Shown: positions 9,736-19,007, numbered from the stretch's first letter. The stretch is 32,000 bases of DNA from Trichodesmium erythraeum IMS101 (GCF_000014265.1 NC_008312.1:4080001-4112000); one strand, 5' to 3'. Notes: generated by a model not told the origin, from the sequence alone. Program-made: numbers and translations.

Positions 9736-10710
9736 TTATTGAGATTTTTGGAGACTTTTCATCTTATTCATTTCAATTAAATATTTGCCAAAAAATGGTA
9801 AACCAGCAATTGCTGGTAATACATAACGGGATGTACAAAGTAATCCTAAAGCTGCTCCAACTTCTTGAGAAAAATAAGGTTTATAAAACATAATAAAAGC
9901 TGCGTCACGAGTACCAACTCCAGCAAAAGTTAAAGGTAATAATCCTGCTAAAATTGCTAGAGAAGATAATGCTAAACTTTGAACAAATGGTGCTGAAGCA
10001 TTTAATGCTAAAGTAAAAAACCAGATTTGTGATAAATGCCCAAACCAGATAAATATAGAGGTAACAGCAATTTTTGTTAACTGTCGTTTGTCATGCCAAA
10101 AATATTTGTGCATTTCTATCCAAGAATTTTCTAAGTCATCAATTTTTGAACTAATTTTTTTAGGCGTAAATTTTCGAGCAATGTGAAAAAATATTCTGGC
10201 AAATTTCCGAGATGATAATAACAATAGGCAAATAATTAAACCTGATGTAACTCCAGTAGTCATTATCCAAAATAATAAGTCTTTTTCTGGATAAACAATT
10301 AATCCAAAAACACACCAAATTAGTAAAGAAACTAAATCACAGGCTTTTTCAAATATCACTATAGATAAAGATAAAGTTCCCTCTAAATTCCCCCTTTTTT
10401 TCATAAAATAAGCTTTAGCAATATCTCCCATTTTTGAGGGCAAAATCATATTCAATACACTAGCAGCTAAAATTAATTGATTTGCTTCCCCAAAATTTAA
10501 ATAAGATGATAATTTTTTATCCTTTTTTGGCATTAACTGTTGTAATCTCCAAGCAGTTAACATTGTCAATGGAATTATCATACTGACGCTAATTATCATC
10601 CATATATGGTGAGAGTTTTGAAATACTTTTATGAGTCCAGTAAAATTAATTTTTTGGTAAATTACTATCAGAATAAGTAAACTGATAATTAGAGAAATTA
10701 GTCGTTTCAT
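9736..10710 (-). CDS. Flippase-like membrane protein (UPF0104 / lysylphosphatidylglycerol-synthase TM-region family)
   Basis: 324-aa ORF with an ATG start and about 8 TM segments. The sequence features (PSKMGDIAKAYF, GVGTRDAAF) are as in the LPG_synthase_TM family. That family commonly neighbours glycosyltransferases. Confidence 0.7.
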   Translation of the reverse strand: MKRLISLIISLLILIVIYQKINFTGLIKVFQNSHHIWMIISVSMIIPLTMLTAWRLQQLMPKKDKKLSSYLNFGEANQLILAASVLNMILPSKMGDIAKAYFMKKRGNLEGTLSLSIVIFEKACDLVSLLIWCVFGLIVYPEKDLLFWIMTTGVTSGLIICLLLLSSRKFARIFFHIARKFTPKKISSKIDDLENSWIEMHKYFWHDKRQLTKIAVTSIFIWFGHLSQIWFFTLALNASAPFVQSLALSSLAILAGLLPLTFAGVGTRDAAFIMFYKPYFSQEVGAALGLLCTSRYVLPAIAGLPFFGKYLIEMNKMKSLQKSQ

Positions 10711-10824
10711 TTACAATGTTTTTTATATCATTTAGGTACAACCTTGCTAGGCAATATGCCTGCACTATAAAGAGTTTATCATTAAAATACCCCTGAACAA
10801 ATTAAAAACAAAATCCTAAGCATT

Positions 10825-10920
10825 TAGCTGTCAGTATCACCTATCAGCCAGAAACAAAAGTTAGCCTCTAAGAAGAATTAAAACTCTGACACAGAAAAGA
10901 TGATCAGCTTGACTTAGTAT
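10825..10920 (-). repeat. Dispersed intergenic repeat, copy C, inverted relative to copy A
   Basis: The reverse complement aligns with 2198-2295: tactaagt, agctgatcatctttt, ttttaatt, ttctt.gaggctaa, gctgata. Confidence 0.65.
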
Positions 10921-11110
10921 TTGATTACTTCCATAGATTTTTTTTCGCAACATGACCTAGGAAAAGCACTCGAACTGACTGCTAAAGTGCTGAATGCTTA
11001 CACAAAATCAATTCTTATCCATCAATTACGAATTACTATTCCCTATTCCCTATTTCCTATTACCTTTTTTATGGAAATCTCTAATATTTGCACCTCAAAT
11101 TTAGGAATTG

Positions 11111-11554
11111 CTGATGAAGCATCAAAGCATTGAAAAATAAAGATAAGTACTTTTTATTGTGAAAAAAAATGCGGTTTTTTTTCAGTAGTTAAAGCTCAAA
11201 AATTTAGTATCTATTAGCTAATAAGATGTGTTATCCTAACTTTTCTGACAGCCAAACTTACCCTTTCTTTTTTTCAGTAAACCCTAGCTATTTATATCTG
11301 AACCCAAAGGAACTATACCCCCTGGGTTAAGCTGATAAAGTATCAAAGTATTTAAAAATAAAGGTAAGTACTTTTTTGTAGTGAAAAAAGTGCAAATTTT
11401 TCAGTAGTTAAAGCTCAAAAATTTTGTGCCTATTAGCCAACAAGATGTGTTATCCTAATTTTTCTCTCTGATAGCCAACTTTCCCCTTTGTTTTTTTCAG
11501 TAAAACCTAGCTATTTAGATCTGGACCTAAAGGAATTATACCTCCTGGGTTAAG
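11111..11554. repeat. Diverged tandem duplication, 2 x ~222 bp, covering the last 48 nt of the GST CDS plus ~175 nt of 3' flank
   Basis: Copy 1 is 11111-11331 and copy 2 is 11332-11554, at about 80-85% identity by eye. Copy 1 retains a decayed 3' CDS end reading NPGGIVPLGSDINS*, against the authentic NPGGIIPLGPDLNS*. Confidence 0.85.
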
Positions 11555-12475
11555 AGGAAAAAGATTACCATAATAATCTTTTTTCACTGCCTCTAAATTG
11601 CAAGTCTCTGCTATTCCTGGAAGTTTATATAAATCTTGTAAATAAACACTCAAATATTTATAATCTTTAATTCTCCGTAAGTTACATTTAAATAATCCAT
11701 AGTAAACAATATCAAAGCGGAATAAAGTAGTAAATAAACGTACATCTGCTAATGTTACTGACTCACCACAAAGATATCGACTTGTAGAAAGCATATTGTC
11801 AATTTCATCTAAGGTAGTAAATAATTCTTGGCAAGCTTTTTCATAAGCTTCTTGACTTTGGGCAAACCCACAACGATAAACTCCATTATTTACTGTATGA
11901 TAAATCTTTTCATTCCACTGGTCTATTTTTGCTTTTAGTTGTTCTGGATAAAGGTCAAGATTAGAATTTTTGGCAAAGTGATTAAATTCAGTATTGAGTA
12001 TAACAATAATATCTGCACTTTCATTATTAACAATAGTTTTTGTTTGCTCATCCCACAACACAGGTACAGTGGCACGGCCGTTGTAACCAGGCTGTGCTAA
12101 ATTATATAATTCTGGTAAAGTATTGCATCCTTCTTCTTCTTCTTCAAATACCCAAATGCCTTTATCTCCTGCTGGAGAAGCAATAGTTACTGATATAGCA
12201 TCTTCCAAACCTTTCAGTGCTCTAACTACAATAGTTCGGTGTGCCCAAGGGCAACCTAGCCCAACAAATAGGCGGTAGCGTTTGGTAGCTGGTTGATATT
12301 TATTCTCTGGTTGTATCCCTACTGTTTGTCTAAATAGGCTGACTGGGCGAATGTATTCTCCTGAATTGTTTCTTGGAGCAAGTTTTGACATCATTGTTTG
12401 CCAGAGGGTTGTCCAAACCCATTTTCCTAATTTAATTGTTAGAGAGGGTGGAAGTGATCTGCGTTTATTAACCAT
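11507..12475 (-). CDS. Xi-class glutathione S-transferase / glutathionyl-hydroquinone reductase (YqjG/ECM4-like)
   Basis: 322-aa ORF with an ATG start. It carries the diagnostic GCPWAHRT active-site motif and overall resembles YqjG. Confidence 0.85.
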   Translation of the reverse strand: MVNKRRSLPPSLTIKLGKWVWTTLWQTMMSKLAPRNNSGEYIRPVSLFRQTVGIQPENKYQPATKRYRLFVGLGCPWAHRTIVVRALKGLEDAISVTIASPAGDKGIWVFEEEEEGCNTLPELYNLAQPGYNGRATVPVLWDEQTKTIVNNESADIIVILNTEFNHFAKNSNLDLYPEQLKAKIDQWNEKIYHTVNNGVYRCGFAQSQEAYEKACQELFTTLDEIDNMLSTSRYLCGESVTLADVRLFTTLFRFDIVYYGLFKCNLRRIKDYKYLSVYLQDLYKLPGIAETCNLEAVKKDYYGNLFPLNPGGIIPLGPDLNS

Positions 12476-12784
12476 TTGTTTGATAATACGTTGTTTTAAT
12501 ATTAACAGGGCTTAGGCAAAGATACTATAATATGGTTCAAAGGAATTTAGTTGATTTTTGATGCGATCGCCTGACCTTCGTCACTCTTTTTTAGCAGACA
12601 AGGGGGAAATTTTTGAGCTACAAATATATCAGACTATATTCTAGTTGGGTTTTGCTCTTTTTGATCTTTTTAAAGAGTACGGACTAACCCATAACTTTGA
12701 CCCTAGAGGGTCAGTAGGAAAGTGGGGTACTTTGAGATTTTTTATACAAAAATTGATTAACTACATCACCATAACCAAAACCTT

Positions 12785-12840
12785 GTAGGGACGTTGCATA
12801 ACAAAAATGCGTTTCATGTCGCGTAGCGAAACGTCCCTAC
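12785..12840. repeat. Hairpin-type short interspersed repeat (gtagggacgtt ... aacgtccctac)
   Basis: The 11-bp perfect arms at 12785-12795 and 12830-12840 resemble the short hairpin repeats common in filamentous cyanobacteria. Decayed relatives lie at 2299-2327 and about 27028-27050. Confidence 0.7.
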
Positions 12841-12914
12841 TTTTGTCTACCGAAATGAAAACTGCTGTAATTATTCTTGAAGGCTAATTTTTCTTTCTAG
12901 CTGAATTGAGTAGA

Positions 12915-13012
12915 AAAGTAGGTAAGTAGAGTAGTAGAAAAAAAGTCAACATAACAATAATTAACTTACCTAAAGAGAGTCAAAAAGTTATTTCTTTTAG
13001 ATTAATTTATGA
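12915..13012. repeat. Dispersed ~100-nt intergenic repeat, copy R1
   Basis: The core attaacttacctaaagagagtcaaaaagttatttcttttagattaatttat matches 18355-18411 at about 85% by eye. There is a weaker match at 21860-21948. Confidence 0.7.
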
Positions 13013-13141
13013 GTCATTACCAAAGTAAGATAAGATTAAAAAATGAAAGAGAAATGGTTAGAATATCATTATTTAATGTGGGATTATTTACGAAATTTTT
13101 CCGCTTATATTTAGCCTACTGTTCAAACTGTCAATGCAAAA

Positions 13142-13627
13142 TTGATCCAGAACGGATATAAACAAAAGCCAACTCCCTTCGCTCAAAGAGGTGCTGATGG
13201 TAGAAAGAGCAATCCATTTTGGGGTACTTATAAAAATGAGAAAATTGCCCTTAATCCCAGATTAGCTAATGTAAAAGTTAATAATGATATATTAAGCAAA
13301 ACCATATTTACAGGTCCGACTACTGTAGGCATAAAATTAGCTGCTGACTACTTGGCCTCTAAAGGACTTTCTCCTGATGAAATTGATGGGTCTCTCATGC
13401 CTTGGCGTTCTCGATTTGAAGATTGGACCACTTGGGAAGGAGATCAGGATCAAACAATTGGGCCAAACAAAAATGTAGGACTAACCCAGTATGAAACACG
13501 GTTAGGACTAGTCACCCGTCGTTACGATGCGCTAGATCCTAGTAGTGGTAAAGTAGGTAGAATTAAAATGACTATTGAAGCATTCAATCAACCTCGTCGA
13601 ATAATTACCACATACGTCTCAGTTTAG
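13142..13627 (+). CDS. Hypothetical protein; no ATG start (TTG in the track), possibly the distal part of a gene interrupted by a nonsense codon
   Basis: 161-aa open frame of unrecognised family. An ATG at 13043 lies in the same frame, separated only by a TAG at 13112-13114. Confidence 0.45.
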   Translation: MIQNGYKQKPTPFAQRGADGRKSNPFWGTYKNEKIALNPRLANVKVNNDILSKTIFTGPTTVGIKLAADYLASKGLSPDEIDGSLMPWRSRFEDWTTWEGDQDQTIGPNKNVGLTQYETRLGLVTRRYDALDPSSGKVGRIKMTIEAFNQPRRIITTYVSV

Positions 13628-13687
13628 GACATATGAAAAACTAGTCATTTAATACCTGAAACCTGAAACCTAACACCTAACATAGGA

Positions 13688-14305
13688 ATGACACAATTAA
13701 ATTCAATTTCCGTTCGACCTAAATTAGAACCCAATTTTTTATTTGTTGCCTTACATGGCTTAGGAGCTAATTGTAATGATTTAACATCCTTTGTAGCAGA
13801 GTTGAATCTCCCTAATTGTTGGTTTGAGTTCCCAGACGCCCCACTACCTCATCCCAAAGTACCTGGAGGAAAAATGTGGTATGACTTATCCAACAAAGAA
13901 TTCCGAGGTTTAGTGAAAAGTCGCCAAATGTTGATTAATTTCCTAATTTCTCTAGAAAGTAAAACAGGAATACCTTTATCTAAAACTATTCTATGTGGTT
14001 TTTCTCAGGGTGGAGCAATGACTATGGATGTAGGGGTCACATTGCCATTAGCAGGGTTAATTATTTTAAGTAGCTATTTACATTCTCCACTTCAACCATC
14101 TGTAGAAAAATTACCACCCATTTTGATGGCACACGGTATAGAAGACCCAGTTGTACCTATTGAACAAGGGAGGCGATCGCGTGATACTTTCACAAACTTA
14201 GGGGCAAAAATACAATATCAAGAATTTGATATGGGACATGAAGTTCGGCCGGAAATTTTGAAGTTGATACAAAGTTTTGTTATAGATGTTATAGCAAAAG
14301 CCTAA
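13688..14305 (+). CDS. Alpha/beta hydrolase, phospholipase/carboxylesterase family (Abhydrolase_2)
   Basis: 205-aa ORF with an ATG start. It has the GFSQGG nucleophile elbow, plus HGIEDPVVP and GHEV for the Asp/His of the catalytic triad. Confidence 0.85.
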   Translation: MTQLNSISVRPKLEPNFLFVALHGLGANCNDLTSFVAELNLPNCWFEFPDAPLPHPKVPGGKMWYDLSNKEFRGLVKSRQMLINFLISLESKTGIPLSKTILCGFSQGGAMTMDVGVTLPLAGLIILSSYLHSPLQPSVEKLPPILMAHGIEDPVVPIEQGRRSRDTFTNLGAKIQYQEFDMGHEVRPEILKLIQSFVIDVIAKA

Positions 14306-14669
14306 AAAGACTATTATATTAAACAGAGTATTGACTTAATGAAAGAATAAAAGTATTCTTCATTAGATATAACTGTACTCAATTTACATGAAATTTATGC
14401 CCAACTAAATTAAAATTAAATAATAATTAGAAAACTTGTCATGGAAACTCACATTTGTGTTATGATTTAAGTTTATTTATATCTATATTTAAACTTAAAT
14501 GCCTCAATTTATTTTTCAAATTAATTGAAAAATACGGTCAACTTGACCGTTGATACCTGTGGAGGTCTTGCTGCCGACAGTGACTGTAGAAACAGGAAGT
14601 AAAAATTAAAATGCCACAAACTGTAAATTGTGACATTTGATATCAGCTTTATGAAGCAGGTTGGTTTTG

Positions 14670-14882
14670 ATGCAAACTATAACCCGTTCCTTACAGGAAG
14701 TACCTAATTTGACAACAGATGATGTAGCTAAGTTAGCTTTTCGTCTAGAGGAAGATGACTATAAAAATCCTTTTGAGGGTTTAAATGATTGGCACTTATT
14801 ACGAGCGATCGCCTTTCAACGCCCAGAATTAATTGAACCTTATATCCATTTATTAGATCTAGAGCCTTGTGATGAGGCTTAA
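14670..14882 (+). CDS. Small conserved cyanobacterial protein (possibly the DUF2555 family)
   Basis: The track ORF starts at TTG 14661; ATG 14670 (MQTITRS...) is the likelier start. The motif DWHLLRAIAFQRPELIEPYIHLLDLEP looks like a conserved small cyanobacterial protein. The family name is from memory only. Confidence 0.6.
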   Translation: MQTITRSLQEVPNLTTDDVAKLAFRLEEDDYKNPFEGLNDWHLLRAIAFQRPELIEPYIHLLDLEPCDEA

Positions 14883-14926
14883 GCAAAATATTGTGAATTC
14901 CCAGTTATTAATTTAATAATTTGTTG

Positions 14927-15073
14927 AATTGGGAGTGTTGGTTTATAGCAGAAGGCGCGAAATTAAATTCGGAGCACGAACTATATTTGAAAGGGGCAAG
15001 AATATCTTAGCCACCCTGGCAATAGCTATAAGAAGAGAAAAAGCAGGATATTTTTGGCCTAACACTCCTAATT
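14927..15073 (+). other. 147-nt element closed by a 15-bp terminal helix; either a MITE-like element or a structured RNA
   Basis: 5' arm aattgggagtgttgg (14927-14941) pairs with 3' arm cctaacactcctaatt (15059-15073). That gives 13 Watson-Crick pairs plus 2 G-T(U) pairs when read on the plus strand. Internal small hairpins are present, such as gcca-ccc-tggc. Confidence 0.4.
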
Positions 15074-15671
15074 TATCTAAATTAGCTTTTTATCTAATTG
15101 CTCCACACCGAAAACTATCAAGTCAGTGTGGCATTAATCTGTTTTTTTCGATAATTTTATCCATTTCTCAACATTTATCTTCAAGGTCATCAGACAAATT
15201 ATACATTTATCTATAAAATCACTCTAGGTAAAACATCAAATCCTAAAGCATCTTTAGGGACTGTTCAGCAGTTTACCCTGACTACATATAGTACTTATCG
15301 GTAAGTATCATAATAAATAAAATTGTAGTCAAAAATAGAAAAAATTAATCAGAATAGCCCACTTTAAAGAGTTAATTTTTATAAATTTTCCAACTCAAAA
15401 GTTTTTGATTACTTCTAGTTGATAAAATATTTATCTGCGGTTCAATTATTAATTACAAATATATTTATCAAACTTGAGATGACTTCCTTATTCTTTTATT
15501 CTTAACTTCAAATTATTAATTAAAAATATTATAGAAATTATTTAATCTATGAGTTAAACGTTTAGATCCTCCCCGCCCCTATTTTTCAGGTGGAGCTAAC
15601 AAAAAAACACCCCTTTTTATGGGCAAAAATAGCGGATTATAAATGTACCATTAAACTGTGGAAATTGCTAT

Positions 15672-16883
15672 ATGGATAGAAAAGTTTTAATTGGTATTTG
15701 TGGTGGTATTGCAGCTTATAAAGTTTGTGAAATAGTTTCTACTTTAGTAAAATCTGGAGCTGAAACTAGAGCAATTTTGACAGACGCTGCTCAACAATTT
15801 ATTACACCTCTGACTTTATCTACTCTTTCTCGTTATCCCGCTTATACAGACAAAGATTTTTGGCAACCCTCTCACGGACGCCCGTTGCATATTCAGTTAG
15901 GAGAATGGGCGGAAATAATAGTTATTGCTCCCCTCACAGCAAATACCTTAGCCAAATTAACCTATGGTTTTGCAGATAATTTGCTGACTAATATCATCTT
16001 GGCTTCCAGTTGCCCCATTTTATTAGCTCCGGCGATGAATACTGATATGTGGGAACAAACAGCAGTACAAAGAAACTGGCAACAAATATTAGCAGAAAAA
16101 CGATTTCATGGTATAAGTCCTAGTACTGGAATTTTAGCTTGCGATCGTATTGGTAAAGGTAGAATGGCAGAGCCCAAAGAAATAATTACAAAGATAAAAT
16201 CTTTATTATATACAGCAGGCAAAAAAGATTTAGTAGGTAAGAAAATATTAATTAGTGCAGGGGGAACGCGGGAACATTTAGATCCTGTAAGATTTATAGG
16301 TAATCCTTCTACGGGTAAAATGGGAATAGCTTTAGCTCAAGCAGCATTGCATCGCGGAGCAAATGTAACTTTGGTGCATAGCATTGTAGGAAAAATACTA
16401 TTATCAGGAGTAAAAATGATAGAAGTAGTGAGTGCTGCTCAAATGCAACAAGCAATGTTAGCTCATTTTGCTCAATCAGATATAGTGATAATGAATGCTG
16501 CAGTTGCAGATGTCAAACCTGCTAAGTATAATGGTGAGAAGTTAGCCAAGAGATCCCTAGGAAATTCATTACCCTTAAAACCAGTACCAGACATTGTAGC
16601 AGAGTTAGGAAAATTAAAGCAGTCTCACCAATATTTAATTGGTTTTGCGGCACAGACTGGAGATATTGTTCCCCCTGCTTTGGAAAAATTGTGGGTTAAA
16701 AATTTAGATGCTATTGTTGCTAACCCTATCGATCAAAAAGGTGCAGGTTTTGGCAGTAATACAAATCAGGGAATTTTTTTAGATGTTGAAGGGCGGCAGC
16801 TAGATATTCCTTCTTGTAGTAAATTAGAGATGGCTCATTATTTGTGGGATTTTGTCTTAGAGAGGTATGGCGCTAACTACTAA
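15672..16883 (+). CDS. coaBC: Bifunctional phosphopantothenoylcysteine decarboxylase / phosphopantothenate-cysteine ligase
   Basis: 403-aa ORF with an ATG start. It has the N-terminal flavoprotein motif GGIAAYK and the C-terminal CoaB motif [22 protein letters not shown]. Confidence 0.92.
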   Translation: MDRKVLIGICGGIAAYKVCEIVSTLVKSGAETRAILTDAAQQFITPLTLSTLSRYPAYTDKDFWQPSHGRPLHIQLGEWAEIIVIAPLTANTLAKLTYGFADNLLTNIILASSCPILLAPAMNTDMWEQTAVQRNWQQILAEKRFHGISPSTGILACDRIGKGRMAEPKEIITKIKSLLYTAGKKDLVGKKILISAGGTREHLDPVRFIGNPSTGKMGIALAQAALHRGANVTLVHSIVGKILLSGVKMIEVVSAAQMQQAMLAHFAQSDIVIMNAAVADVKPAKYNGEKLAKRSLGNSLPLKPVPDIVAELGKLKQSHQYLIGFAAQTGDIVPPALEKLWVKNLDAIVANPIDQKGAGFGSNTNQGIFLDVEGRQLDIPSCSKLEMAHYLWDFVLERYGANY

Positions 16884-17166
16884 TGCTGAATAAAGCGAAT
16901 GAATCTACTTTCATCTCGACATGATCGCGATAGGGGTGCTCCCCATATAGCTCTGCCGTAAACTTCACACTGACCTGCACAATTATTAGGCTGACGATTC
17001 AAAATTGGGGTTGTGCTTATTTTTTCTATATTACTGATAGGTACAAAGTTAATCCTTCCCTAATTAAGAATAGTGATCACCCAGAAAAACAGAGATGATC
17101 ATATTAGAAGGAAAAAACTGCAGTTTCAGACACCTTGCAAGTTAGGTAACATCGCAAAACTTTTTT

Positions 17167-18015
17167 TTATTGAATTTTTTGCTCCGTAACAAAAGTTGAA
17201 CTTACCCATTCTCCTTTGTCATTATAACTACGAATAATTCGTTGACGAAGTTGCGGCTCAACTAACCAGCCAAGTTCAAAAAATAAAGGTTTTCTCAACT
17301 CAACTTTGACAGGTAAAGTAGCAGATGCACCATCAGGAAGCAACAAAACTTTGACAGGTTGAGAACTTTGGTCAAAATGTAAAATTGACCCTTCAATTAT
17401 AGCGCTAGAAGTAATAATTGTCGGATTCTGATCACCAAAAGTAATTTCCTGAACTAATCTACCTGTATTATCAATATTTAATTCCATTTGAGTTGTATAA
17501 GTATTAGGTTCCCGCAAATCAGGATACATCGTAATAGCTTCTCCCTGCCATTTTCCTAATAAATCATCTACTGTCAAAGGAGGGTTTTCTAAAGCATCTG
17601 TTCCAGCTCGTTTTTCTCGAATTAAAATTAATTTATCAAAATTACCATCTTGGTTAAAGAATTCAACTAAACGTAGACGACGATTTTTATTAATCAAACA
17701 AAACTCAGTAACACATCTTGAAAAGGGTGTTATTTTCATTATTCCTCTAGAAAAAGCACCATTTTCAAAATATAAAATATTTTGATCTGTAGTATTATAT
17801 TCTATCACTATTTCATCAGCTTTTGACTCAGGATTTTTTACAAAAGAGTTAAAGCGACGTAGTGTTAAACGTACTCGTTTATTCTGGTCATCAAGACCTT
17901 CTAAAATCAGAATACTAGGTCTGTCTTGCAGTATTGCTAATTTGTCAGAAATTTTAGTAAATGAACCGTGCCATTCACCAAGATTTTGCAGAAAATTTTC
18001 CCATTGTGTTTTCAT
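17167..18015 (-). CDS. DUF3598 family protein (cyanobacterial/plastid lineage)
   Basis: The track ORF extends to 18075. The internal ATG at 18015 gives MKTQWENFLQNLGEWHGSF, the typical N-terminus of this family. Confidence 0.7.
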   Translation of the reverse strand: MKTQWENFLQNLGEWHGSFTKISDKLAILQDRPSILILEGLDDQNKRVRLTLRRFNSFVKNPESKADEIVIEYNTTDQNILYFENGAFSRGIMKITPFSRCVTEFCLINKNRRLRLVEFFNQDGNFDKLILIREKRAGTDALENPPLTVDDLLGKWQGEAITMYPDLREPNTYTTQMELNIDNTGRLVQEITFGDQNPTIITSSAIIEGSILHFDQSSQPVKVLLLPDGASATLPVKVELRKPLFFELGWLVEPQLRQRIIRSYNDKGEWVSSTFVTEQKIQ

Positions 18016-18311
18016 ATTTTTTAGGAAATATTTGTAGTTTTTTATTATTTTAAAAGAGATTAAACAAAATCCCAAGTCTCTACATGAGATTAGCTTTTGG
18101 AATTTATTAATAGTACTAATTCAAAATTAATCTAATTCTTAAGTCACACTTCAATTATTAATTAATTAACAGAAAAATTTTAACCTTTTTAATAATTATT
18201 AGCTAGTAAAATGAATTATTATTACAGTACTTATTGCTGATGTTTAAGGTACATTTAAAAGTGGGCAATACTATTTTTGGTAAAAACTTATAAATTTTAT
18301 TAAGTAAGAAA

Positions 18312-18412
18312 CTAGGGTAGTAGGAGAATAGAGATGAACTAAATACAATAATAATGAACATTAACTTAGCTAAAGAGAGCAAAAAAGGTTATTTATTTTA
18401 GATTAATTATTT
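18312..18412. repeat. Dispersed ~100-nt intergenic repeat, copy R2
   Basis: attaacttagctaaagagagcaaaaaaggttatttattttagattaattatt, preceded by agggtagtaggagaatagag, parallels R1. Confidence 0.7.
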
Positions 18413-18614
18413 AATAATTAAAGTTTTACAAAAAGTTAGTATTAATGCACGGGAATTGGTATAAGATACCTGTATTAGTAATAATTTTATTATTCACCTC
18501 TTCTATATCATTTGTCTGATATGATACCGTATGTCTACTACTCCCCTAGTCTCTCACTTTCTCACTTTGCCACTCTATTCTTTCACTCCCCTATTCCCTA
18601 AAACTAAGTGTATT

Positions 18615-19007
18615 TTAATTAAAATCAATACTTTTTTCATCAAAACTAATGCTACCAGGACCAAAGGAAGTTACCATTAAAAGTCCTCCTATTAATCCCA
18701 GATTTTTCATAAAAGCAATTTCTTGAGCAGGCTCTATAAAAATATTATGAAAAACTAGAGTAGCTGGAATTAAAAATCCTACTAATGCAAGTGCTCCATA
18801 ACGAGCTTTATAACCCAATAAAACAGATAATCCACCTACTAAAAGAACAATAATGGTTGGAATTAATAACCAACCAGGAACTCCTGAAGATTCCATATAT
18901 TGTTGAGTACTTGCTCCACTAAAAATTTTACCAATACCAGATTTGAGAAAAACAGCAGAGAGAAATATTCTAGCTAAGAGTGAAATCCAAGGCTGTAAAT
19001 TTTTCAT
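18615..19007 (-). CDS. DoxX family membrane protein
   Basis: 130-aa ORF with an ATG start and four hydrophobic segments. The N-terminus LLARIFLSAVFLKSGIGKI is typical of DoxX. Confidence 0.75.
   Translation of the reverse strand: MKNLQPWISLLARIFLSAVFLKSGIGKIFSGASTQQYMESSGVPGWLLIPTIIVLLVGGLSVLLGYKARYGALALVGFLIPATLVFHNIFIEPAQEIAFMKNLGLIGGLLMVTSFGPGSISFDEKSIDFN

Noticed and set aside
10921-11133. 70-aa ORF in the spacer between the flippase-like gene and the GST
   Set aside because: It has a TTG start. It runs through the heptamer repeat (giving the low-complexity translation IPYSLFPITFF) and into the tandem-duplication unit. It has no ribosome-binding context.
14927-15073. Known riboswitch upstream of coaBC
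   Set aside because: The interior does not match the conserved cores I can recall for the TPP, cobalamin, glutamine, SAM or guanidine classes. The element ends 600 nt before the coaBC start.
14929-15216. 95-aa ORF downstream of the small conserved gene
   Set aside because: It has a TTG start that coincides with the 5' arm of the 147-nt inverted-repeat element. Its composition is basic and low-complexity. It is more likely non-coding.
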